This document shows, piece after piece, positions 20,993-30,186 of a stretch of DNA of 64,000 nucleotides. The position numbers were made by a program, and so were the translations under genes. The stretch spans positions 2,272,001 through 2,336,000 of the forward strand of contig CAXXLQ010000004.1 in NCBI GenBank assembly GCA_963668695.2, read 5' to 3'. The notes below the pieces were generated by a model that worked only from the letters and a program-made list of their open reading frames with translations, had not been told where the DNA came from and ran no database searches. Position 1 is the first letter of the stretch; the number at the start of each line of letters is the position of its first letter. The DNA is from Vicinamibacteria bacterium. GTDB lineage: Bacteria > Acidobacteriota > Vicinamibacteria > Marinacidobacterales > Marinacidobacteraceae.

Positions 20993-21658
20993 GAGCAGCC
21001 GGTGGACAAAGTCACGCGGCGTTCGGCTGGCGATGCATCCCGGCCAGACAGCCTGTGATGAAACCCACGCGGCCCAGTTCTCCCGGTGGGGGCTCGGCCG
21101 GCGATCCATCCCGGCCAAACAACCGGTGATGAAACCCACGCGGCCCAGTTCTCCCGGTGGGGGCTCGGCCGGCGATCCATCCCGGCTGAACCGCGTCGCT
21201 GCGCGCCGCTCATCGTTGCGTTTCGGTCGAAATACACCCGGGCCAGTTCTCCCGGTGGGGGCTCCTCCCTCACGCGCCTTGTCAGCCGGACCCACCGGGA
21301 GAACTGGGCCTCGCCGGCCTCGGCGCTCACGTGGGTTCCACCACCGGCTGTTCACCGCGCCGCTGCGCGCCGCTCATCGTTGCGTTTCGGTCGAAATACA
21401 CCCGGGCCAGTTCTCCCGGTGGGGGCTCCTCCCTCACGCGCCTTGTCAGACCCCCACCGGGAGCGCCTCACCGGCCTCGGCGCTCACGTGGGTTCCACCA
21501 CCGGCTGTTCACCGCGCCGCTGCGAGGCGCTCATCGTTGCGCTTCGGTCGAAATACACTTGGGCCAGTTCTCCCGGTGAGGGCTCCTCCCTTGCGCGCCT
21601 TGTCAGCCGGGCACCTCGCCAGCCTCGGCGCTCCCGCCACTTTGTCCACCGGCTACTA
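20993..21658 (+). mobile_element. Composite family A repeat
   Basis: Repeated left and core modules; end overlaps nrdJ TAG. Confidence 0.85.
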
Positions 21659-24397
21659 GGAGCAGCCCGAGGTGGCGCCGCAGTTCAGGCACTTGAAGCA
21701 GGTGCCGCTCCTCACCATCAAGGCTCCGCAGGTGGAACAGGGAGGGGCATCGGCGAAGACGGCCACCGGTTCCAGCACCGTGCCACGACGGGGGTGACGA
21801 CGGGCTTTCGCCCGGGACGCCGTGGGTCGGCGTGACGCGCTGTCTTCGACGCCCATTTCGTCGGGAACCGTCAGAAAACGGTGTCCCAGCCAGCGGAAGA
21901 TGTAGTCGGTGATCGAGTCGGCGTGCGGAATGTCCGGATTGCCGGTGTATCCCGATGGTTCGAAACGGGTGTGGGAGAACTTGTCCACCAGAACCTTGAG
22001 CGGAACCCGGTACTGGAGGTTGTAGGAGACCGCCCGCGCGAAGGCGTCCATCAGTCCGGAGACGAAGGAGCCTTCCTTGGCCATTCGCAGGAAGATCTCG
22101 CACGGGGAGCCGTCCTCACGGAGCCCGACGGTGAGGTAGCCCTTGTGCCCCCCGATATCGAACTTGTGGATGATGGCGTCGCGCTCCGGCGGCAAGTGCT
22201 CCTTTTCGGCTGTGTTGGCGGCGGTCGGCCCCTCGGTCGTGGATTCGCCACGATTCAAAGGCTGAGATTTCTTGCTGCCGTCCCGATAGATGGCAACCGC
22301 CTTCAGGCCGAGCTTCCAGGAGGCGAGATAGGTCTCCTCGATGTCCTCAACCGTGCTTTCCTCGGGCATGTTGACCGTCTTGGAAATGGCGCCCGACAGG
22401 AAGGGCTGGACCGCGTGCATCATCTTGACGTGGCCCATGTAGTGGATGGAGCGCTTGCCGCCGAACGGCTCGAGGGCGCAATCGAATACCGGGAGGTGTT
22501 CCTCCTTCAAGTCGAGCGCCCCCTCGACATGGCCGTGCTCGTCCACGTAGTCCAAGATCCGCTGAATGGCCGCGTCGTCGTAGCCCAGGCGCTCCAGAGC
22601 CGAGCGCACGGTCTGATTGACGATGCGGATGATGCCGCCGCCGCTGAGCTTCTTGTGCTTGATGAGAGAAAGATCAGGCTCCACGCCGGTCGTGTCGCAA
22701 TCCATCATGAGTCCGATGGTGCCGGTGGGAGCGAGCACCGAAGCCTGGCCGTTCCGGTAGCCGTGTTCCTCTCCGAGCCCGATGGCCTCGTTCCAGACCT
22801 GGTGAGCCCGGGAGAGGATTTCCGTCGGGACTCCCGCCGTATCAATCTCCCGCGCCGCATCCCGATGCATACCCATCACCCTGAGGAACGGCGCTTCGTT
22901 CTCCGGATAGCCCTGGAACGGTCCCGTGACCTCGGCGATGCGAGCCGACTGGCGGTAGGCCCGTCCGGTCATCAGTGACGTCAGCGAAGCGGCGATCGAT
23001 CGACCGAGGTCACTGTCGTACGGGACGCCCCGGTGCATCAGGAGCGCCCCGAGGTTCGCGTAGCCGAGCCCGAGGGGCCGGAATGCGTGCGAGTTCTTCT
23101 CGATCCGCGCCGTTGGATAGCTCGCATTCCCGACGATGATTTCCATGCCGGTCAAGACCACGTCCACCGCGTGCTCAAAGCCCCCGGTGTCGAAGTCGCG
23201 TTCCTCGCTGACGAACTTCATGAGGTTCAGGGATGCGAGGTTGCAGGCGCTGTCGTCGAGGTACATGTACTCGGAACACGGATTCGAGGCGTTGATCCGC
23301 GCGGTGTTCTTGGAGGTGTGCCAGCGGTTGATGGTGTCGTCGAACTGCATGCCCGGATCGCCGCAACGGTGTGCCGATTCCGCGATCTGCCGGAACAGTT
23401 CCCGGGCTCGCATGGTGTCCATCGGCTCACCCGTGGTAATCGCGCGAGTGGACCAGTATTCGTCGTTTTCGACGGCGCGCATGAACGCATCACTCACCCG
23501 AACGCTGTGGTTGGCGTTTTGGTACTGGATGGACGCATAGGCCTCGCCGTTCAGGGAGCCGTCATAGCCCGCGTCGATGAGTGCGTGGGCCTTTTGCTCC
23601 TCGCGAGACTTGCAGTCAATGAAGTCGAGGATGTCCGGGTGATCCACGTTGAGGATCACCATCTTGGCGGCTCGGCGGGTCTTGCCGCCGCTTCGGATGA
23701 CGCCGGCGAAAGAGTCGTACCCCTTCATGAAGGAAACCGGCCCGGACGCTGTCCCGCCGCTGGACAACGGTTCCCGTGAGCTGCGGATTGTGGAAAGGTT
23801 GGTCCCGGTGCCGGACCCCCACTTGAAGAGCATCCCCTCGGTCTTGGCGAGCGTCAGGATGGAATCCATGGTGTCCTCGACCGAGTTGATGAAACAGGCC
23901 GAGCACTGGGGATGCTTCTCGACCCCGCAGTTGAACCAGACGGGTGAGTTGAACGCCGCGTACTGGTTGAGCAGCAGGAAGGTGAGTTCCTCGCGGAACG
24001 TATCCGCGGCCTCCTGGTCGGCGAAGTACCGATCCTTCACACCCCAGGCAGCGATCTGGTCGACGACCCGTCCAACGAGTTGCCGGACGCTCGATTCGCG
24101 CTCTCCCTTCTCCTGCGATCCGTGGAAGTACTTCGACGCCACGATGGTGGTGGCCATCATGGACCATGACTTCGGGAACTCCACGCCGTGCTGGGCGAAG
24201 ATCGTCTCGCCGTGCTCGTCGGTGATGATGGCGTCGCGATTTTCCCACTCCACCTGGTCATAGGGTGAGACGCCAGGTTCCGTATGGCGGCGCCGGAATT
24301 CGAGCCCGCCGGCGCGACGGGTTTTTCGCTCCTGCCGGGTTTCTTGATCCTTCCTGGAGCGAGGCGCAACGGTGGTGGGTTCTACGGCTACGTGCAT
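21656..24397 (-). CDS. nrdJ: Adenosylcobalamin-dependent class II ribonucleotide reductase
   Basis: FNSPVWFN, QCSACFI, SNPCSE, APTGT, ISKTVN, C-terminal CxxC...CxxC...GCS. Confidence 0.95.
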   Translation of the reverse strand: MHVAVEPTTVAPRSRKDQETRQERKTRRAGGLEFRRRHTEPGVSPYDQVEWENRDAIITDEHGETIFAQHGVEFPKSWSMMATTIVASKYFHGSQEKGERESSVRQLVGRVVDQIAAWGVKDRYFADQEAADTFREELTFLLLNQYAAFNSPVWFNCGVEKHPQCSACFINSVEDTMDSILTLAKTEGMLFKWGSGTGTNLSTIRSSREPLSSGGTASGPVSFMKGYDSFAGVIRSGGKTRRAAKMVILNVDHPDILDFIDCKSREEQKAHALIDAGYDGSLNGEAYASIQYQNANHSVRVSDAFMRAVENDEYWSTRAITTGEPMDTMRARELFRQIAESAHRCGDPGMQFDDTINRWHTSKNTARINASNPCSEYMYLDDSACNLASLNLMKFVSEERDFDTGGFEHAVDVVLTGMEIIVGNASYPTARIEKNSHAFRPLGLGYANLGALLMHRGVPYDSDLGRSIAASLTSLMTGRAYRQSARIAEVTGPFQGYPENEAPFLRVMGMHRDAAREIDTAGVPTEILSRAHQVWNEAIGLGEEHGYRNGQASVLAPTGTIGLMMDCDTTGVEPDLSLIKHKKLSGGGIIRIVNQTVRSALERLGYDDAAIQRILDYVDEHGHVEGALDLKEEHLPVFDCALEPFGGKRSIHYMGHVKMMHAVQPFLSGAISKTVNMPEESTVEDIEETYLASWKLGLKAVAIYRDGSKKSQPLNRGESTTEGPTAANTAEKEHLPPERDAIIHKFDIGGHKGYLTVGLREDGSPCEIFLRMAKEGSFVSGLMDAFARAVSYNLQYRVPLKVLVDKFSHTRFEPSGYTGNPDIPHADSITDYIFRWLGHRFLTVPDEMGVEDSASRRPTASRAKARRHPRRGTVLEPVAVFADAPPCSTCGALMVRSGTCFKCLNCGATSGCS

Positions 24398-24485
24398 GTC
24401 GAACAGATGTCCCTCTGGAGGAGGCGGGGGAGTGGCGTGAAGACACTCCTCCGAGCGTGACAAAAGAGCATTGGATGGAACTAAA

Positions 24486-24533
24486 CCACAACATGTTGCG
24501 GTATGCAACCTCCGGCACCACAACCGGTTGTGG
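24486..24533. promoter_or_regulatory. Tandem NrdR boxes
   Basis: CCACAACATGTTGCGG (24486) and CCACAACCGGTTGTGG (24518), 32 bp apart, upstream of nrdJ. Confidence 0.8.
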
Positions 24534-24646
24534 GTAAGGCGCCTGCCGAGGAAAAGGGGAGTTCAGCCGGAACCGGGTCTCCGCCGGCCCTGTGCGGCCG
24601 TCAGTGCCGGGAGAACGCGGCGTCCGGGCAGTTCCTCTCCGCCACC

Positions 24647-24679
24647 AAAAAATCCCCCGGCGGCGCGGCCGCCGGGGGA
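24647..24679 (-). terminator. Intrinsic terminator
   Basis: 12-bp stem TCCCCCGGCGGC/GCCGCCGGGGGA followed by T6 on the minus strand. Confidence 0.75.
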
Positions 24680-24706
24680 CTCTTCCTGGTAAGACGGGAA
24701 GAACCT

Positions 24707-27013
24707 TCAGTTGTTGTTCGGGCGCCGGCGGCCGCTTGAACTGCTGCCACCCCGGCTCACCGCGGTGCTGCCACCGCCGCCGCCTGCGGCGCTGCTGCCG
24801 CCACCGCTGGCGCTGCTGCTGCCGCCACCGCTGGTGCTGCCGCCACCGCCGCCACCCCGGCTCGCGCCGCTCTGTCCGCTCCCCGCGAAGCGGGAGAATC
24901 CACCGGGACGACCCCGCGAGGCGCTGCTTGGCCGGCTACGCGAAGCCGCGCTCGGGCGGCTGCGCGAAGCTCCGCTCGGACGACTCCTCACGGCTCCGCT
25001 GCTCGGGCGGCTGCGGCTGGCCCCACTGCTGGGCTGGCTGCGGGAAGCTCCACTCGGGCGGCTCCGGCTGGCCCCACTGCTGGGTTGGCTGCGGGAGGCG
25101 CCACTTGGGCGGCTGCGGCTGGCCCCACTGCTGGGTTGGCTACGAGAGGCTCCGCTCGGACGATTCCGGACGGCCCCGCTGTTTGGGCGGCTACGGGGAG
25201 TGCCCGACGAGCCGGCGGAAGCAGCGCCGCTTCGCGGAGATGCGGGCCGGACCGCTGACGGTCTTCTCGTTCCTGTCTCACCCGTCCGTCCGGCCGCGCG
25301 CGGCCTGGGAGATGTCGCCGGCCGGTTACCGGCGGAGCCTTCCCGGCCGCGGGCAGCCTCTGGGCGCCCCGTCCGGCGTCCGGCTGTCGAGGGGCCGGCT
25401 GTCCCCCGGCCTTGAGCAGTGGCCCGGGACCGGTTCGCCTCGGCGCCGCGAGCGCTCCCGCTCCGTCCTGCCGCTTCGCGGGCCAGGGTGGCGCGGTCCC
25501 TTTCCGCTGCGTACGTCGACCGTGCGCTGCGCGCCCGCGCTGCGCTTGAGGGGATCGCCACGCGCTGCCCGCGCAGGGTGCTGCGATCGGCTCCCACCGC
25601 GGCGCGACCGGCGGCGGCCGCTGCTCGGGTGGTGGCGCCCCGCGAATTCGAGAGCCTGCGGTTCGTGGACTTGGCGGAGCGGATCATCGCAGTGACCCCC
25701 ACCGCGCGCTGCCGGAAACCCCTGTCCAGGATGGCTCCCCGGGACAGAACCTGAGCGTCTTCCAGGTTCCGCAGACTGGAGGCGGACAACCGGTTGCGGG
25801 AGGCCGGCTGGCCGATCACCTCCCGAGCGGTGAAACTCCAGGAACCCCGATCGGCGACGGACCCGCGGGGCACCGCCTTCCCAAGGATCGTTCCCCGCCG
25901 GACCCCGCGGCCGCCGTATTCCCGCTCGGGCCCTTCGTATCCAGAGTAGCCATACCCGGAGTAGCCATACCCGGAGTAGCCATACCCGTAGTAGTCGTAC
26001 ACGGGGTAGCCGTAGTAGTTCAGCGGAGACCAGCCGACCCAGTTGTAGCCATAGCTCCAGGAAACCCAGCCCGGACCCCATACCGAGCCCGGCAGCCAGT
26101 ACCAGCCGAGGGGACCGTGCCCCCACCTGCCGTAGTGATAAGGAGCCCATCCCCAGGGGTCGTAGGAGACCCAGGTCAGGCCGAACGGCGTGTGCGCCCA
26201 GCGTCCCTGCCGGTAGGGGGCCCAACCGGCGGAAACGGTCGGATACCAGAGCCATCCCAGATGGCCATCCTGCTGCCAGCGGCCGTGCCCGTCGAGGTCG
26301 TGGGCGTATTCCCGTACTTCCTCGGGAAGTTCGTCATAGTGAGTTTCCGCGGTGGTGACGAACCGCCGCTGGCGGTCCTCGGTCCAGGCGAAGAAGTTGT
26401 CGTTGCCCAGGTATTCCTCCGGGGAAGCCGGCGCGGCGCCTTCGAAAGCGATGGTCCGCTGACCGGCTCCGACCAGCACGGAGCCCCATTCGGTGGACAC
26501 TGTCGCAATGCCCGAGTACACGACGAACTGGACCGTCCGGCCATCTTCAAGCAGGTCCGTCCGGTACTCCCCCTCTCCCTGGGGGGAGAAGGTGCCGCCG
26601 GGGGTTTCCACAACGACCTCGGTGTCGCTGGCCATCCACACGATGAGGCTTCCGGTCCAGAATCCGAGCCGGTGCGGACTATCTCCTTCCACGTAGTCCA
26701 GCTTGGTTCCCTCGTCCATCCAGGCAGTGACCCCGCCCGCGAAGCGCAGTTCGACCTGGCCGGGTTCGCGCGTCCAGATGCGGTCTCCGGGAAGGAAGGG
26801 ACTGCCCCGCTCGGCCTCGTGAGCGCCGAAGTCGTCAGCCCGCTGATGCCAGACGTCGCCGTCGACGACGCTGAGATTCCCGTAGGCGTAGGAACGTCCG
26901 GTTTCCTCGTTGGCCTGCGCGAGCGCCGCCGAGGGCTGGCCCAGAGCAAGCAGCAGGCTCAGGGCGCCTGCGTGCCGGAGGATCTTGTTGCGCCTGTTCG
27001 CTCTTTCGTGCAT
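24707..27013 (-). CDS. Exported FecR-like / DUF6600 protein with low-complexity tail
   Basis: Signal peptide, PGDRIWT, WAPYRQGRW...WVSYDPWGWAPYHYGRW; GGAGG RBS. Confidence 0.8.
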   Translation of the reverse strand: MHERANRRNKILRHAGALSLLLALGQPSAALAQANEETGRSYAYGNLSVVDGDVWHQRADDFGAHEAERGSPFLPGDRIWTREPGQVELRFAGGVTAWMDEGTKLDYVEGDSPHRLGFWTGSLIVWMASDTEVVVETPGGTFSPQGEGEYRTDLLEDGRTVQFVVYSGIATVSTEWGSVLVGAGQRTIAFEGAAPASPEEYLGNDNFFAWTEDRQRRFVTTAETHYDELPEEVREYAHDLDGHGRWQQDGHLGWLWYPTVSAGWAPYRQGRWAHTPFGLTWVSYDPWGWAPYHYGRWGHGPLGWYWLPGSVWGPGWVSWSYGYNWVGWSPLNYYGYPVYDYYGYGYSGYGYSGYGYSGYEGPEREYGGRGVRRGTILGKAVPRGSVADRGSWSFTAREVIGQPASRNRLSASSLRNLEDAQVLSRGAILDRGFRQRAVGVTAMIRSAKSTNRRLSNSRGATTRAAAAAGRAAVGADRSTLRGQRVAIPSSAARARSARSTYAAERDRATLAREAAGRSGSARGAEANRSRATAQGRGTAGPSTAGRRTGRPEAARGREGSAGNRPATSPRPRAAGRTGETGTRRPSAVRPASPRSGAASAGSSGTPRSRPNSGAVRNRPSGASRSQPSSGASRSRPSGASRSQPSSGASRSRPSGASRSQPSSGASRSRPSSGAVRSRPSGASRSRPSAASRSRPSSASRGRPGGFSRFAGSGQSGASRGGGGGGSTSGGGSSSASGGGSSAAGGGGGSTAVSRGGSSSSGRRRPNNN

Positions 27014-27157
27014 GGGCCACCTCCTGGAAGGCTGGCGTCTCAGGTGTCGCAATCCCTATGCCAGACGACGGCCGAGTCAACGCCTGAACCGGTCGGAACC
27101 CCATTTCGGCTCATCAGGACCGGCCTGACGGTGTGTCGTGACACCGGCGCCGGCCCA

Positions 27158-27574
27158 TCAACCGAGGCGGTTCAGGAATTCCGACGCCTGGATGCGTGCC
27201 CGGGCCGCCCGGAACTTGCGCCAGGCCGGCCGGACATCGCGGTCGCGGTTCACGAGTTGCGCGAGCTTGCTCCCGTCGGAGTCAATCTCGAGAAGGGCTT
27301 CGAGACGCGCCCGCATCTCGCCTGCCGGAAGTGATTCGACGAACGCGTCCTGTTCATTCAGGGTGTCTTCAAGCCGGGGTTTCGGAACGGCGACGAAGCG
27401 ACCCCGAATATCTGATTCCAACTGCCAGACGATCTCCTGAGTGGAAGGATCCTCGTGGTCTTCCGCCACGCTCACCATGCGGGCGGTATCCCGGTCGTAG
27501 TAGTAGGTGCGTTCCAAGCCGTCGTCCACGAAAGCGGCGACCAGCGCCTCAAGCAGAGAAGGATCGGTCTCCAC
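27158..27574 (-). CDS. UPF0158 family protein
   Basis: L..AF.D....YYYDRDT, FVESL, W.KFR pattern. Confidence 0.6.
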   Translation of the reverse strand: METDPSLLEALVAAFVDDGLERTYYYDRDTARMVSVAEDHEDPSTQEIVWQLESDIRGRFVAVPKPRLEDTLNEQDAFVESLPAGEMRARLEALLEIDSDGSKLAQLVNRDRDVRPAWRKFRAARARIQASEFLNRLG

Positions 27575-27693
27575 GGACTCGCCACCGTTGCAATCGGGAA
27601 CTAGGGGAGGCGGAAGGCCCCCGCGAGAGAGACTAATCGAGAGACCCCGGTCACGCCAATTGCTTGTTCGCGGTAGCGGGACGGCCGCATCCT

Positions 27694-27878
27694 TAACAGC
27701 CTGTGGTGGAACCCGGGTGAGCGCCGAGAGCGGTGAGGCGCCCGGCTGACAAGGCGCGTGAGGGAGGAATACCAGGTGTATCGCGACCGAAACGCAACGC
27801 AGAACGGAGCGAAGCGGAGTGGTTCAGCCGGGATGCATCGCCGCTCGAACGCCGCCTGGGTTCCACCACAGGCTGTTT
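27694..27878 (-). mobile_element. Minimal family A element without 18-bp module
   Basis: TAACAGCCTGTGG...CCACAGGCTGTT; reverse-complement homolog of 10103-10287. Confidence 0.85.
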
Positions 27879-27880
27879 AC

Positions 27881-28864
27881 TCAGGCGCGCCGGCGCCGCG
27901 TGATCCTGGACAACTCGGGAGGGTCATTCGTGATCTGCAGCGTCTGGGTTTCGATTCCGTCCGCGTCAAGCCGGACGCCCGCGACCAGGGGGCCGTCGGT
28001 GACCCCGGCGGCGCAAAAGATCAGGCTCCTGCCAGGCGCCAGTTCCGTGGTGGTGAGTACGCGGCCCGGTTCCTCGACTCCCGTTTCTCGAAGTCGCTGC
28101 CTCTCGGCTTCGTTTCTGACGAGCAGCCTCCCCAGCATCCCGCCGCCGAGGCAGCGCAGGGCGGCGGCCGCGATCACCCCCTCCGGAGCGCCTCCGGACC
28201 CCATGGCCGCCTGGATTCCTGAACCCGGCGTCGCGCTCAGGATGCCGGCTGAGAGATCGCCGTCCCCGATGAGGCGGACACGGGCGCCGCTACGCCGCAG
28301 TCCGGCGATCAGGCCTTCGTGCCGGGACCGGTCGAGGACAACGACCGTGATCTCGCTCGCTGAACAGCCCTCGGCTTCGGCGATCGCCTGGACGTTCCGC
28401 TCTGGCGGGTGTTCGAGCCGGATCTCGCTGCCGAGCAGGTTCCGACTGGCCGCGCCCACCATGATCTTCTCCATGTAGATGTCGGGCGCGGTAAGCAGTC
28501 CGCCGCGCTCGGACCCGGCCAGCACCGAAATTGCCCCAGGCCCCCCGGTGGCGCACAGGTTCGTGCCCTCGAGCGGATCCACCGCAATGTCCAACTGCGG
28601 GGTGTCCTCGTCGCCGGCGCCGAACTCCTCTCCGCTCCACAGCATGGGAGCCTTGTCGCGTTCCCCTTCGCCGATGACCACCCGTCCGCGCACCGGGGCG
28701 GTATCCAGAATCCGGCGCATGGCGGAAACTGCCACCTGGTCCGAGTGGTGACGGTCTCCCTGTCCGATCGTGCGTGCGCAGGCGATGGCCGCCTCCTCGA
28801 CGGTGCGGATGAGGTAGGGGGCTACACCCCGGATTGGGATCTCGCCCGCTGCCTTCGTGCTCAA
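27881..28864 (-). CDS. glpX: Class II fructose-1,6-bisphosphatase
   Basis: VIGEGERDKAPML, DIAVDPLEGT, YMEK, DGD, GGAPEGV. Confidence 0.93.
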   Translation of the reverse strand: MSTKAAGEIPIRGVAPYLIRTVEEAAIACARTIGQGDRHHSDQVAVSAMRRILDTAPVRGRVVIGEGERDKAPMLWSGEEFGAGDEDTPQLDIAVDPLEGTNLCATGGPGAISVLAGSERGGLLTAPDIYMEKIMVGAASRNLLGSEIRLEHPPERNVQAIAEAEGCSASEITVVVLDRSRHEGLIAGLRRSGARVRLIGDGDLSAGILSATPGSGIQAAMGSGGAPEGVIAAAALRCLGGGMLGRLLVRNEAERQRLRETGVEEPGRVLTTTELAPGRSLIFCAAGVTDGPLVAGVRLDADGIETQTLQITNDPPELSRITRRRRA

Positions 28865-30105
28865 CGCTCGTCGGGTGCCGGGAGGGTGACCCGGATGGGA
28901 CGATCCCGCCGGTATCCCAGCGCGTAGTCGGCCTGCATCAGGGTGTGGATTTCCCGGGTTCCCTCGTAGATCACGGCGCCCTTGGAGTTCCGCCAGAAGC
29001 GCCCCACGGGGTACTCGTCCGAATAGCCGTAGGCACCGTGGATCTGAATGGCGTCCGATGCCGCCCTTTCGGAGGCGACGGTGGACACCCACTTGGCAAG
29101 TGAGGTCTCGCGGGTGTTTCGGCGTGCCCGGTTCTTCAGCTCTCCAGCGCGAAACCACAGTAGCCGGCTGACCTCGTAGTCGCGTTCCATGTTGGCGATC
29201 ATCTGCTTGACGAGCTGATATCGGCCGATCTCCTGACCGAAGGTTGTGCGGGAACGAGCCCACCGAACGCTCTCATCCCTGCAGGCCCGGATGAGTCCCG
29301 TCGCGCCGGCCGCCACGGTATAGCGACCCTGATCCAGAGCGAACATGGCGATCTTGAAACCCTCGCCCTCTTCGCCGAGCCGGTTCGCTGCCGGCACCCG
29401 GACATCATGCATGCGGAACCAGCCCGTGTTTCCTGCCCGAATCCCCCACTTGTGAGTCATGTTGCCCGACTCGAATCCGGGAAAGGAGCGCTGCACGATG
29501 AAAGCTGACAGGCCCGAGTGATCCCGCCGGGCCCTCTTGTCGGGATCCGTCCAGGCGATCACGAGGAAGTTGTCGGCGACCTCGGCCAGGGAGATCCAGT
29601 GCTTTTCGCCCGACAGCACGTAGTCTGACCCGTCGCGTCGGGCCGTCGCGCGGATGCCCACCGCGTCGCTCCCGGCGTCGGGTTCGGTCAGTCCGTAGGT
29701 TGCGATCTCGGTCCCTTCGGCTTGTGGCCGCAGGTAGCGCTCCTTCTGTGCCTCGCTGCCCCAGGCCAACAGCGACAGGGAGTTCAGTCCGGCGTGCACC
29801 GACATGATGACGCGCACCGAGGTGTCCACATATTCGAGTTCTTCGCAGGCCAGCCCGAGCGAGATGTAGTCCAGTCCCGCTCCCCCGTAGCGCTCGGGAA
29901 CCGAGATTCCCAGGATGCCGAGCTCTCCCAGTCCCTTGAGGATGCCGCGATCGAAGACCTTCGCGGCATCGTTTTCGCGGATGTGCGGCGCCACCTCGCG
30001 GGCAGCGAACTCGCGAACCAGAGACTCCGTCGCGCGGTGTTCTTCACTCAGATCGAAGTTCAGACGCTCAGCCAAATTCCTCTCGCCTTTCCCGGTTCTT
30101 TCCAT
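28861..30105 (-). CDS. Acyl-CoA dehydrogenase
   Basis: YGLTEPDAGSD, GEKHWIS, IQIHGAYGY, IYEGTREI. Confidence 0.93.
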   Translation of the reverse strand: MERTGKGERNLAERLNFDLSEEHRATESLVREFAAREVAPHIRENDAAKVFDRGILKGLGELGILGISVPERYGGAGLDYISLGLACEELEYVDTSVRVIMSVHAGLNSLSLLAWGSEAQKERYLRPQAEGTEIATYGLTEPDAGSDAVGIRATARRDGSDYVLSGEKHWISLAEVADNFLVIAWTDPDKRARRDHSGLSAFIVQRSFPGFESGNMTHKWGIRAGNTGWFRMHDVRVPAANRLGEEGEGFKIAMFALDQGRYTVAAGATGLIRACRDESVRWARSRTTFGQEIGRYQLVKQMIANMERDYEVSRLLWFRAGELKNRARRNTRETSLAKWVSTVASERAASDAIQIHGAYGYSDEYPVGRFWRNSKGAVIYEGTREIHTLMQADYALGYRRDRPIRVTLPAPDER

Positions 30106-30186
30106 CCCGCCCGCATCGCGCGGGCGGCGCGGAGCGCGGAGTATACGGGGATGTTCCAGGCTCGTCGTGCAGCTAGAGATGGGCGA

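Noticed and set aside
24534-24646. Cobalamin riboswitch upstream of nrdJ
   Set aside because: No recognisable B12 box; the NrdR boxes explain regulation.
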